From the NCBI GenBank assembly GCA_025061115.1, contig JANZKC010000001.1:288001-352000 (forward strand): 64,000 bases of DNA, given 5' to 3'. Shown piece by piece: positions 39,681 through 49,548 of this stretch (its first letter is position 1; each line of letters opens with the position of its first letter). A model generated the notes under the pieces. That model was not told where the DNA came from. It was given only the letters and a program-made list of their open reading frames with translations, and ran no database searches. A program made the position numbers and the translations under genes. Source of the stretch: Candidatus Culexmicrobium cathedralense (GTDB lineage: Archaea > Thermoproteota > Methanomethylicia > Culexarchaeales > Culexmicrobiaceae).

Positions 39681-41206
39681 CCACCAGCCTTAATCTCCCT
39701 AATAAGCAGTTCAACCGGATTTATCCTGCCAATTTTGGGAAGCCAATCTATTCGCTTACCCAAAATGCCCCGCTCCTCACGATACTTGTAGAGCCTCCTA
39801 ACCCTCTCAGCAACGGCCATTCTCCTTTGAATCATCTCAGCAGACCCTATATCCGACCTGTAAAAAATGCCCCAGCCATCGAGCAGCTTAACTGGATTTA
39901 AACTTAAACACTCATCTATTCTTCTGGAAGCTTTAGGCGGATCTTCAGCCAAAGCTAAGATTTCAAGCATCCTCGAGCCGCCAGTTATCATCCTGCCATC
40001 ATCCTGAAGGTGAACTGAGCCCCAATAAAGCTTGCAGCCAGCCTCCTTTATCAGCCGCTCATCAACGCTCACTTCATGCCCCTTAGCTAGGCTTCTAAAG
40101 TCAGGATAGCCCTTAGGGGCAATGGCCTTGACAACAGTCGCCTCATCGGAAAACTCTATCTTCAATTTACTCAGCCTCCCATCAATGATTGCTTCAAAAA
40201 TGTCAATTATGTCGGTTTTCAGCAGAGCAAGCACATTAACTGCTTCAGGATCTCCAAGCCGGGAATACATTTCAATCAGCGTTGGGCCCTCAACCTCAGT
40301 AAGCATCATCTGGCCGGCAATAAAGCCCCTATACTTCTCCCCAGTAACATCCTGCACTGCACGAACCATAGCCTTAACAATCTCAAGGCTTCGCTCATAC
40401 TCCTCCAACGTTATGAATGGAAGAAGCCTTCCACGGCCAGTGTATGAGCCCATCCCGCCGGTTTCAGGCCCAATATCGAAGTCATATGCATGCTTATTAT
40501 CCTGCACCAAAGGCATTCCAACAACAGTATAGCCATCAACAAAGCATTGAAGCGTGTACTCCGGTCCCCAAACCTTCTCCTCAACAAGTATTCTCTCATC
40601 AACATCCCCATACTTCCTCATGTACTCCTCAAGCCACTTAATGTGCCTCTCCTTAAACTCCATCTTCTCCTTATGAAGATAAGCCTGCAAGTCCTCAACA
40701 ACCTTAACACCCTTCCCACCAGCCTGCCTAGCAGGCTTTAAAGCCACATTTTGAAGCCAAGTTAAAGTTTCGGAGAAGCGCTGCAAATCCTCCAAAGCTT
40801 CAGCATATGACTTGTAAGTCCTGAAGAGAAGCTTTCCGGGAACATCATATTTCCACTGAAGCCGCCTCATCTCAGCCTTTGACATCTCAATTATTGAAAC
40901 GCTTCTCTTAGCACCTATGCAGGGAATACCTCTTCTCTCAACTTCATCAGGCACGCCATGAAAGTTAGGCTCCTCAGGTCCAACTACAACCACATCAACA
41001 CTCCAATTATCCGCCAACTCAGCAACTTTTTCAGCATCAATGGTTCTAGCCAACGCATACTCTCCACCACTCCTCTTCACAAGCCTATAAATGCCCGGAT
41101 TCCTAAGCTCACTAACCCAGTAGATCCTAACTTCATGGGAGCTTCTAGCTATGGCTTCAGCCAGCGCATGCTCTCTCGCACCTCCACCAACACCCATGAC
41201 CTTCAT
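39677..41206 (-). CDS. purD: GAR synthetase
   Basis: GGGAREHALA, VGPE, GGKGV, QD.K, GPETGGMG, RLGDPE. Confidence 0.95.
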   Translation of the reverse strand: MKVMGVGGGAREHALAEAIARSSHEVRIYWVSELRNPGIYRLVKRSGGEYALARTIDAEKVAELADNWSVDVVVVGPEEPNFHGVPDEVERRGIPCIGAKRSVSIIEMSKAEMRRLQWKYDVPGKLLFRTYKSYAEALEDLQRFSETLTWLQNVALKPARQAGGKGVKVVEDLQAYLHKEKMEFKERHIKWLEEYMRKYGDVDERILVEEKVWGPEYTLQCFVDGYTVVGMPLVQDNKHAYDFDIGPETGGMGSYTGRGRLLPFITLEEYERSLEIVKAMVRAVQDVTGEKYRGFIAGQMMLTEVEGPTLIEMYSRLGDPEAVNVLALLKTDIIDIFEAIIDGRLSKLKIEFSDEATVVKAIAPKGYPDFRSLAKGHEVSVDERLIKEAGCKLYWGSVHLQDDGRMITGGSRMLEILALAEDPPKASRRIDECLSLNPVKLLDGWGIFYRSDIGSAEMIQRRMAVAERVRRLYKYREERGILGKRIDWLPKIGRINPVELLIREIKAGG

Positions 41207-42498
41207 TAAGGCTCACCTCCCCTCCAACACTTAAGGCAGAGAGAATTGCGAGGTAAACCAATAGAGCTAGCCAATTCATCTAAAGCGAGAAAGTGAAAGC
41301 TATCAGCCCCCACAACCTCGGCAATTTCACTCTCAGAAAGAGAACGGCCAATCAATTCATCTGGAGGAGGAATCTCAACTCCATATGGGCATGAACACCT
41401 AAATGCTGGGCTGCCAATGCGAACATGAACTCTCCTAGCACCCCTACGCTTCAAATTCCAAACGGTATTCCTCAAGGTCGTCCCCCTAACAACACTATCA
41501 TCAATGAGAACTACATCCCTGCCATCAACCGCACACCTAATAGGATTCAACTTCAATTGAACTCCAACTAACCTCTCAAACACCGAGGGCTTAATTGCAG
41601 TTCTAACCTTACGCCCAGTAGTTACGAAACCCAAGTCAAGTGGAATGCCAGTGACCCTCGAAAAGCCTATAGCGAAGGGAATTGCAGTTTCAGGAACCCC
41701 AATAACAGTGTCAGCCTTAACTGGAAAGCTTCTACCCAGCGCTTCACCAATCCTCTCCCTAACCGCGTAAATGGATATTCCATTAATTACCGAGTCAGGT
41801 CTAGCCAAGTATACGTACTCGAAGCTGCAGTACGCTGGAGGAGAATTAACCTTAACTTGAGCTCTCTCAATACTATAAGGATCAAACTTTATGATTTCAC
41901 CAGGCTTAACGTGAAAGACATGCTCCATGCCAAGAACATCTAAAGCAGAAGTCTCAGATGCAACAGCGCCCAAGTCGAAACCTAAAGAGCCTATTTCAAG
42001 AGGCTTAACTCCCATCCTATCCCTCCCAGCAATCATAACTTGATCCTCAGTTAAAGCAATGAATGAGAAGCCTCCATCAACCTCCCCGACAATCTTAACG
42101 GCAGCTCTCAAAGGATCTCCAACCCTACTAATCTCGTCTGAGAGAATCTCGGCGAAAGCCCTCCAGCAAGCATGTCTATCACCGCCAAGAAGCGGCATTC
42201 CATCGCCAATCACCACAAGCCGCGTCGGCGAGGAAGTAACTATGGGCTCATCACCCTTCAATGGAGATGTGAAGCCCAAGCCGACGAAACCCTTAAGCAT
42301 GCTCAACAAACGCTCATCAAACGACTCGTCCACCAATCCACCCCTAGCAGCCATGTGAAACTCACCATCAAAGGTCACTATGGATGAAGCCTCCTGACCC
42401 CTATGCTGCAGCGCTAGCAATCCATAGTAAATGAAGCGAGATATGCTCCACCTATCCCTACCCAACCCGAAGGGATATACTCCAATAATTCCAGGCAA
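41206..42498 (-). CDS. PurF paralog lacking the N-terminal catalytic Cys
   Basis: Starts MPGIIG; LQHRGQE, CSFEYVYLARPDS, DDSVVRGTT retained. Confidence 0.85.
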   Translation of the reverse strand: MPGIIGVYPFGLGRDRWSISRFIYYGLLALQHRGQEASSIVTFDGEFHMAARGGLVDESFDERLLSMLKGFVGLGFTSPLKGDEPIVTSSPTRLVVIGDGMPLLGGDRHACWRAFAEILSDEISRVGDPLRAAVKIVGEVDGGFSFIALTEDQVMIAGRDRMGVKPLEIGSLGFDLGAVASETSALDVLGMEHVFHVKPGEIIKFDPYSIERAQVKVNSPPAYCSFEYVYLARPDSVINGISIYAVRERIGEALGRSFPVKADTVIGVPETAIPFAIGFSRVTGIPLDLGFVTTGRKVRTAIKPSVFERLVGVQLKLNPIRCAVDGRDVVLIDDSVVRGTTLRNTVWNLKRRGARRVHVRIGSPAFRCSCPYGVEIPPPDELIGRSLSESEIAEVVGADSFHFLALDELASSIGLPRNSLCLKCWRGGEP

Positions 42499-42502
42499 AC
42501 CA

Positions 42503-43984
42503 TCACCCCCCTAAAGTCTCAACAATCCTACCGCTAACACCTCGACCCATAAAAGCTTCACTACGAGCCATATCAGCCAGCTTCTGAGCATATGGAGTCG
42601 GATAATTTCCCGTAACACAAGCTAGGCACAGCCTATCATGGCCAACTGCACTGCAAAAGTCACTTACAGTCTGATAATTAACTGAATCAGCACCCAATAT
42701 CTCCGCAACCTCCTCATCACTCCTATTAAAACCAACGAGCTCATGGAAAGTAGCCATATCAATTCCATAAAAGCAGGGGCTAATTATCTTCGGAAAAGTC
42801 GAGAACACGTGAACTTCAACAGCTCCAGCCCCCTTAAGAACCCTAACGACATGCCTTAAGGTATCTCCACGAACAATGCTGTCATCAATCAATGCAATGC
42901 GCTTCCCATCAACCCTATCCAATAAAATATTATACTTCCTCGAGAGAATGAAATCCCTCTCCTCAGCAGACATGATGAAAGCCCTATGCTTAACATAGCG
43001 ATGCCTAACGATCAAAGGCTCAATAGGCTTTCCAGCTTCCTCATGAAAGCCATAGGCCGCGTCAACTGCAGTTTGCGGCACAGGCACAATCACATCAACC
43101 CTAGAAGCAACATCAGAGTAACGCCTAGCAAGACTCCTGCCAAGCTCCCTCCGAACCTCATAAACGTATCTGCCATCAGCCAATATCGAGTCAGGCCTAG
43201 CGAAGTAAGCATACTCAAAGGCACATAAAGCTTCACCGCGATTACACAGCACACAGCTCTCAATTCTACTTTTATCAACAATCACGAGCTCACCTGGACT
43301 TAGAAAACGCTCAAACTTCACTCCATTAACATTAAGAGCAACGCTCTCAGAAGCAATGAGAAGAAGCTTACGCTCAGAATCAAACCCATAAACCAGCGGC
43401 CTAATTCCATGAGGATCTCTAAAGGCAAATAGAATGCCCTCCCCGGTTACTCCTACAACGGAGTATGATCCATCAACTTTACCCATAAACTCCTTAACGC
43501 CCTCAACAACGTCGCCCTCAGCATTAATCGAGTTTAAAAGGGCATGAGCCAAAACCTCAGCATCCGAAGTACCGCGAAACTCCACCCCCCTCTCCAGCAG
43601 AAACCTCCTTAAATTAATCACATTAACAATATTACCATTATATGCAATAGCCAACCTACGCTCACCATCACCGACAAGACACGGCTGAGCATCAGCCAGC
43701 AACTGCACCTTCGAAAAATCACCTGAAGTTGCATACCTCACATGAGCTATGCCAAGGCTTCCGGAAAGCTCTTCATTCCAAAATGAAAGCTTCTGAAAAT
43801 CCAAATCAGCAACAAGACCCAAATCCTTAAAAACCCTAAAGTCACCATCGAAAGTTAAAATGCCATAGGACTGATGACCCCTATGATTTAGAGTTAACAA
43901 TGCCCAGTAAAGATTTAGCAAAACGCTTTCCCCATTAAAGCTTAAAGCAGCAGCAACCCCGCAATTCTCACCAACAAAGTCCAT
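42503..43984 (-). CDS. purF: Amidophosphoribosyltransferase
   Basis: ENCG N-terminus, HRG, HVRYATSG, CAFEYAYFARPDS, DDSIVRG. Confidence 0.95.
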   Translation of the reverse strand: MDFVGENCGVAAALSFNGESVLLNLYWALLTLNHRGHQSYGILTFDGDFRVFKDLGLVADLDFQKLSFWNEELSGSLGIAHVRYATSGDFSKVQLLADAQPCLVGDGERRLAIAYNGNIVNVINLRRFLLERGVEFRGTSDAEVLAHALLNSINAEGDVVEGVKEFMGKVDGSYSVVGVTGEGILFAFRDPHGIRPLVYGFDSERKLLLIASESVALNVNGVKFERFLSPGELVIVDKSRIESCVLCNRGEALCAFEYAYFARPDSILADGRYVYEVRRELGRSLARRYSDVASRVDVIVPVPQTAVDAAYGFHEEAGKPIEPLIVRHRYVKHRAFIMSAEERDFILSRKYNILLDRVDGKRIALIDDSIVRGDTLRHVVRVLKGAGAVEVHVFSTFPKIISPCFYGIDMATFHELVGFNRSDEEVAEILGADSVNYQTVSDFCSAVGHDRLCLACVTGNYPTPYAQKLADMARSEAFMGRGVSGRIVETLGG

Positions 43985-44934
43985 CAGCCAGCACTCCCCA
44001 ACTCACGCATAACTTCATCCAAGCTCTTGAGCTTCAAATCATCAATGCTCCTTCGGCCAGTAAGAACTTCATAGGAACCCTTTACCCGAAAAGCTATCTG
44101 CTCAATGAGAAGCCTAGGCAATTTTGGAGGCGGCCCATCACCCCTAAATCCAACCCTAATCAAATAAGCTCTAAGAAACTCCTTATCCAAGCAATGCGAC
44201 TCCTGAAACTTACCCGGAGAATAATGCTTCAAAGACCAAAGCCTAGCTGAATCATGGGTAGGAGGCTCATCAATTTGAATGAGAACGCCATCACGCCTGC
44301 CAAACTCGAACTTAACATCGGGAATAATTATGCCAACCCGTTTAGCCTCAGAGCAGTAGAACTCATAAAGCTTAAAGCAAGCCTCCTCAAGCACATTCCA
44401 CTCATCCCTCGAAACAAGACCCCTCGAAACAGCCTCCTCCCTAGTAATCTCGTAGTCATGGCCACACTCGCTCTTAACTGTTGGAGTTAAAATTGGCTCA
44501 GGAAGCTCCTCAGCCAAGCTAAGACCACTAGGAAGCTTAACGCCAGAAATAACTCTTACACCGCGAGAATAAGCCCTCCAAGCAGAACCATACAAATAAC
44601 CCCTAACAATCCACTCAATATCAATCCTCTCAGCCTTAGCAACCCTCATGGTACGCTCATCAATCTGCTCAATCAAATGATTGGGAAAAATGCGCATACT
44701 CCTCTTCAACCAATAAACCGAAAGCAAATTCAAGTAAACACCCTTAAAAGGTATCAAATCTTCAAAAACAACATCAAAAGCCGAAATCCTATCAGTATGA
44801 AATAGCAAAAGATAAGACCCAAAATCATAGACATCCCTAACCTTACCCCTCCTAGGAAGATGCTCACGCCCAAAAAGCCATGAATTCCTAATAGCCTCAA
44901 CATAACGGCCAGAGTGAAATGGGTCAGGAACCAA
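43984..44934 (-). CDS. purC: SAICAR synthetase (start uncertain)
   Basis: GKVRDVY, DRISAFD, RGYLYGS, DVKFEFG, DKEFLR; the ORF-track extension to 45129 is low-complexity. Confidence 0.93.
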   Translation of the reverse strand: MVPDPFHSGRYVEAIRNSWLFGREHLPRRGKVRDVYDFGSYLLLFHTDRISAFDVVFEDLIPFKGVYLNLLSVYWLKRSMRIFPNHLIEQIDERTMRVAKAERIDIEWIVRGYLYGSAWRAYSRGVRVISGVKLPSGLSLAEELPEPILTPTVKSECGHDYEITREEAVSRGLVSRDEWNVLEEACFKLYEFYCSEAKRVGIIIPDVKFEFGRRDGVLIQIDEPPTHDSARLWSLKHYSPGKFQESHCLDKEFLRAYLIRVGFRGDGPPPKLPRLLIEQIAFRVKGSYEVLTGRRSIDDLKLKSLDEVMRELGSAG

Positions 44935-45438
44935 AGCAGCCTGAAAAATAGAAGAACCACGAAAAACGGGTCTAAAATTCACATTAAAAGCAAAGAAGCA
45001 AGGAAAACCGAAATTCAAGAACAACTGTGATGCAAAAAAGCAGATGATCAAGTTAAGTACGAATAAGATTAAATTAAAATCATGAAAATTAAATATAAAG
45101 GAAATAGCTTGAAGCCTGCAAAGCACCATAAACTCGAATCCCCTACAACAAATAATTGTAAAAACAATTTAAATTTAGCCTTTCATAGCTGCATAAATTT
45201 TAAATAGACATGTAAAAAACAGCCGACCCACATCGATAACCACCTAAAATTTAAGAACCTAATAAAAATGCTAAATAAAAATATAATTAAACCAAGATCA
45301 AGCAAGCCAACCAATAAAATAAAAATTAATCATTAACAAAAACAACTACAGAAATATAAAAGAATAAAAACCCAAGTAGATCTAAATAATTCAAAGCAAT
45401 CAACTCAAATTAAAAAGCTAAATGGAAGTGAATTCAAC

Positions 45439-46470
45439 ATGAAAATTCCGCCAGCCCTAATATTATTCTTCCTAGCACCAGCAATTGCAGAACTCCTATC
45501 AGGCTCAGCTCCACCATCAGAATTCTTCAACCCAATAATCTTCATCATCCTGGCTTCACTATATGGAAGCGGAGCATTAATAATCAGGGAACTGAAAATC
45601 AGGTGGAATAAAAGCTACGTAACAACATTCATCTTAGGCGCAGCCTACGGAATACTTGAAGAGGGACTCATGGTAAAAAGCTTCTTCGACCCAAACTGGA
45701 TGGACCTAGGAATCCTAGGAAGGTATGGTAGGTGGCTTGGAGTAAATTGGGTATGGGCCGAATGGCTAACAATATACCACGCAATATACAGCATTGCAAT
45801 ACCAATAACCCTAGCAGAACTAGCTTACATTGAAAGAAGAAACGAAAGCTGGATTGGAAATAAAACCCTAGCACTTCTAACCATACTGCTAGGAGCAGTA
45901 ACACTACTAGGACACCTATACCTAACACCCTACAAACCAGCTCCAATCCACATCATAATCACAGCAATAACAATCCTAAGCCTCATAATCATAGCATGGA
46001 AAATTCCGCCAAAAACAGGAAAAAGAGGAAAGCAGCAGCCACCAAACCCAACAAAACTAGCCATAGCAGGATACATGATATCCGCAGGCCTATTCGCCCT
46101 ATTCATGGCAGGACCACACATAATCCCCCAACCACCACTCATAATAATCCTAGGAACAATACTAATCACAGCAACAAGCAAACTCCTAAACCAATACAAA
46201 TGGAGCGAACAAACACTATACCAAAAATACGCATTAACAGCAGGAGCAATAGCATTCCTAATAACCCTAACACCAATACAAGAACTAGATAAAAACCGCC
46301 CAGACAACCCACAAGGCATGCTAATAGTAGGAATCACAGCAGCAATCCTACTATTACTACTAAAAAGAAAAATAAAACAAAAACTTATAGCTCATCACCT
46401 TACCCATAAAAACACAAAATTATCTCACCCTTCAAGCAATTCAAATATAGAGTCAAGGGCAGATAATTAA
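45439..46470 (+). CDS. Hypothetical polytopic membrane protein
   Basis: Many TM helices; LYGSGAL.IRE, AYGILEEGL..KSFF.P motifs. Confidence 0.75.
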   Translation: MKIPPALILFFLAPAIAELLSGSAPPSEFFNPIIFIILASLYGSGALIIRELKIRWNKSYVTTFILGAAYGILEEGLMVKSFFDPNWMDLGILGRYGRWLGVNWVWAEWLTIYHAIYSIAIPITLAELAYIERRNESWIGNKTLALLTILLGAVTLLGHLYLTPYKPAPIHIIITAITILSLIIIAWKIPPKTGKRGKQQPPNPTKLAIAGYMISAGLFALFMAGPHIIPQPPLIIILGTILITATSKLLNQYKWSEQTLYQKYALTAGAIAFLITLTPIQELDKNRPDNPQGMLIVGITAAILLLLLKRKIKQKLIAHHLTHKNTKLSHPSSNSNIESRADN

Positions 46471-46519
46471 ACTCAAACCTAAATGCAAATATACGCCCAA
46501 TTACTCTCAGCATTAAATT

Positions 46520-46585
46520 CTTTCAATTCTATTTAAATAATTAAGATATGATGATAGTTCATTCAATTTTCTTTTAATGAGATTC
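46520..46585 (-). CRISPR. Degenerate/collapsed CRISPR mini-array
   Basis: CATTCAATTTTCTTTTAATGAGATTC (24/26 match) at 46560-46585 and partial repeat CTTTCAATTCT at 46520. Confidence 0.75.
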
Positions 46586-46726
46586 AAGAAAGTTTATATA
46601 TTTGATATTTAAGTGAGCCCTCAATCAATTTTGTTTCTATTTTTCTACTATATAGTTTTTCATCATTTACCGTTGCAGAGGGTTGATGGGTTTATGGAAT
46701 TGATGAGTGTTTTCTGCAATGGTGAC
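46586..46726 (-). promoter_or_regulatory. CRISPR leader 2 (orphan)
   Basis: Colinear with leaders 1 and 3 (gaaagttt..., ctatat, gcaga.ggttgatggg..atggaattgatga, ttctgcaatggtg). Confidence 0.85.
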
Positions 46727-46744
46727 GTTTGGAACCTAAAAGCA

Positions 46745-47177
46745 TTATTTTATTATTATTTTTCTTTTGGATTGGTGTTTCTTTCTGCAGTATTGATTGT
46801 ATCCGCAGTTTATGCATTTTTGGGATTTGGCTTTATTTTTGGCTGCCTTTCGGTAGTGATAATTTTATATATTTTGCTGATTATTTGTTTTACTTCTTTT
46901 TATCTAAATTTGTAATTTTTGCGATTATTATTGCGTCTAGTTTTCCTCTCATTCGTAGTTTTTTGCTTTCTAGTTGCACTTCTTTTAGGATTTTTGATGC
47001 TTTTAATTTTGGTATTAGTGGAGCGAGCGGAGGTTTATTGTGAAGTTCTTTTACTATTTTCATCGCTTCTGTTTCTGGCTCGTATATGTGGAGCACAGGT
47101 GTGTAGTGTACTATCATTGGGCATAATGCATAGTTTTTGACTTCTACTGTTGTTATGTAGTTATCGTATTCACTCAT
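46745..47177 (-). pseudogene. cas4: cas4 pseudogene
   Basis: N-terminal VKNYALCP..., L.SKKL.MRGKLDAI; frameshifted tail KCINCGYNQYCR; central ExK/QxxxY region absent. Confidence 0.85.
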
Positions 47178-47178
47178 T

Positions 47179-47877
47179 TTACCCACTCTGGTAGCTTTTT
47201 ATTAGTTTTACTACGTCTTGGTCTGTTAGATCTCGCCAGGATTTGTATGCATCTACTACTGCGAACCATGGTCTGCTTCTTGGATTTAGGCAGATTATAA
47301 TGTTTACTAGCCTTGACAGGTTTTCTAGAGATTTGATGTGTCCAGTTGGTGTTGCGATAATTATTTTCTCCGCGTTTCTCGACTTGACGAATTTTATTGC
47401 AGCTCTCATCGTGTAACCTGCTGCGATGCCGTCGTCTGTTATTATAACAGTTTTACCTTGTAAAGGTGGGTATGGCTTATTTCTTCGTAGGACTTTGTTT
47501 CTATGCTTTATTTCTTGAAGCTGCTCTTCAATTGAAGCTTTAATGTCTTTGTCTGTTAATCCAATTAGTGCTGCGAATTGCTCGTCTACAAAGTAGTTTC
47601 CATCTGGGTCTACTGCTCCGAAGCCTGCTTCTCGATTCCATGGTATTAAGAGCTTCCTGCAGATGAGTAGGTCAAAATTGGAGTTGAATGCCTTAGCGAC
47701 TTCAATTCCAACTGGAACTCCGCCTCTTGGAATCGCATAGACAATATCTACTTTGTTTAAAATGTACTTACAAGCTTCTGCAAGTATTTTACCAGCTTCT
47801 GCTCTATCTTTAAAAACGTAGAGTAAGTTTTGAAGAGCTTCATCAATTACAATGTTATTTATACGTCTTAACTTCAT
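47179..47877 (-). CDS. Phosphoribosyltransferase family protein
   Basis: FKDRAEAG, IPRGGVPV, IITDDGIAAG.TM. Confidence 0.9.
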   Translation of the reverse strand: MKLRRINNIVIDEALQNLLYVFKDRAEAGKILAEACKYILNKVDIVYAIPRGGVPVGIEVAKAFNSNFDLLICRKLLIPWNREAGFGAVDPDGNYFVDEQFAALIGLTDKDIKASIEEQLQEIKHRNKVLRRNKPYPPLQGKTVIITDDGIAAGYTMRAAIKFVKSRNAEKIIIATPTGHIKSLENLSRLVNIIICLNPRSRPWFAVVDAYKSWRDLTDQDVVKLIKSYQSG

Positions 47878-47972
47878 GACTAGAATTCACCCATCATACA
47901 ATACTTGTCATTTAATACTGATAAATATGCTCAAGCTTGCTCCTACTTGTGATCTTAATTGATGTCTGAGTG

Positions 47973-49060
47973 TTACGCTTTTGCTTCTGTAACAAATAGC
48001 GCGAATAGAATTAGCGTGATGAAGCCTATGGCACCACCTATGATAAATGGAATTGCAATTCCAGGCAGCCATGGAGTTACATAGACGTCTTTAAGGTATG
48101 CGTAGAGGTAGCTTCCAATAAGTGATCCAATTAGCATGCCGAGATTTGAAAATGCCTGTTGAAGTCCAAATACTCTTCCCCTAACTTCACTTGGAACTAT
48201 ATCTGCTTGTAGAGCTCTCATCACTGGCATTGAAATATTAAATGAAATCATCCTTAATAGAAAAATTAGAGTTAGGGAGTTTACATCTCTCACGAATGGT
48301 ATGAACATTATTGCAGCTCTAGATGGAATCATGGCTACAATTGCTACGGGCTTCCTGCCGATTTTGTCGCTTAACCAGTTGCCAGGGTAGGCTGCGATTA
48401 ATCCAGCGATTGCAGATAGGCTCATTAATCCACCTATTATTGCCAGATCTTTGACGACATACTCTATTGCGTAAACCATGACTATAGACATGAAGATGCT
48501 CATTGCTATTCCATTTGTAAGTCCATTTATGTATATGACAGTAAGACTCCTCTTAACATCTCTACTCAGAGTTTTGAATTCTCTAAAGAAGCTACTCAAG
48601 CTAAACTCAATTTTCCTTTCAGTTTGACTTGTTGACTTAACTTTTATAATGGCTAGTGAGGCTATGAGAGCTGGAAAGCAGAATACTGATATAAGAACTG
48701 TTGGTGCTCTAAATGCGGATAAAGGGTCTCTAAAGCCTAGCACGTTTACCGTTATCGAGTATGCTAGTACGCCCATCATAGGGCCGATAATTCTAGCAAC
48801 ATTGCTAAACATCGTGTATAGTGAAATTGCTCTACCTCTAAAATCCCTGGTAACGCTGTCGGCTATTAAAGCTTGAGCTAGTGGCCAGACCATTCCTGAA
48901 GCTACTCCTTATATTGCTCTTAAAACCATTAGCTGGTCAACATTAACTATAATAGTGTAAAGCAGGACAATTGCGATGTATAGCGCTAAGCCCAGCGATA
49001 TTAACTTCTTCCTTCCAAAGACGTCTCCAAGATAACCGCTTACTGCAGCCATAATACTGG
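47973..49060 (-). pseudogene. MFS transporter pseudogene, copy 2 (5' truncated, internal TAA)
   Basis: Frame continues upstream of 48893 through TAA at 48909-48911 (LRAI*GVASG) to SIMAAVSGYLGDVFGRKK; first helices deleted. Confidence 0.8.
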
Positions 49061-49176
49061 CAGTTTTGCCACACGCAACGCACAATGCACTTGCAGCAAC
49101 ACACTACGCATTAATCCCAATAATAATTGTCATAGACATTATTGCTTTCGCAAAAATAATGGCGAAAGTAGATTAG
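49051..49176 (+). pseudogene. 3' fragment of a PrsW paralog
   Basis: IILAVLPHATHNALAATHYALIPIIIVIDIIAFAKIMAKVD* versus IIAIALHATHNAIAMIHEALIPIIIAFDLLALAYILSKIE* of 6028-6744. Confidence 0.85.
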
Positions 49177-49237
49177 CATTTAACATTACAATATGACAAT
49201 ATTACAAACTAACCTTTCAATGACAATTAAAGATAAT

Positions 49238-49296
49238 GGGTCAGGCAAGCTTATTCATCACCAATCAGCGGCGCAGGACCCCGAATCATCCTCACA
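49238..49296 (-). ncRNA. Box C/D guide sRNA A, copy 2
   Basis: AGGATGA-ttcggggtcctgcgccg-CTGA-ttg-GTGATGA-ataagcttgc-CTGA. Confidence 0.75.
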
Positions 49297-49441
49297 ATTT
49301 CCATATCGAAACAAGTTAATAGAATTTTTGACAATAGGTAAGTCAATCTTCAATTGCTCTGTAAGTTCAAGTGCATTTAAGTAAAAAAGCAATCACTTCC
49401 ATGAGAAGTTAAAACTAAATTTTAGTTAAGCTATTTTTAGT

Positions 49442-49503
49442 TGGCGATGAGGTTATTGGCTACCTGCCGAGTAAATGAGGCGTCCCGGCCTTAACCGAGC
49501 CGC
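49442..49503 (+). ncRNA. Box C/D guide sRNA B, copy 2
   Basis: GCGATGA-ggttattggctacctg-CCGA-gtaaATGA-ggcgtcccggccttaa-CCGA. Confidence 0.7.
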
Positions 49504-49548
49504 AACAAGCTAATTAATAATTCAAATTTCACTAATTGATGATCGAGC

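Noticed and set aside
44935-45129. N-terminal extension of PurC, or a riboswitch
   Set aside because: Phe-rich product of strand-skewed DNA; no recognisable RNA structure
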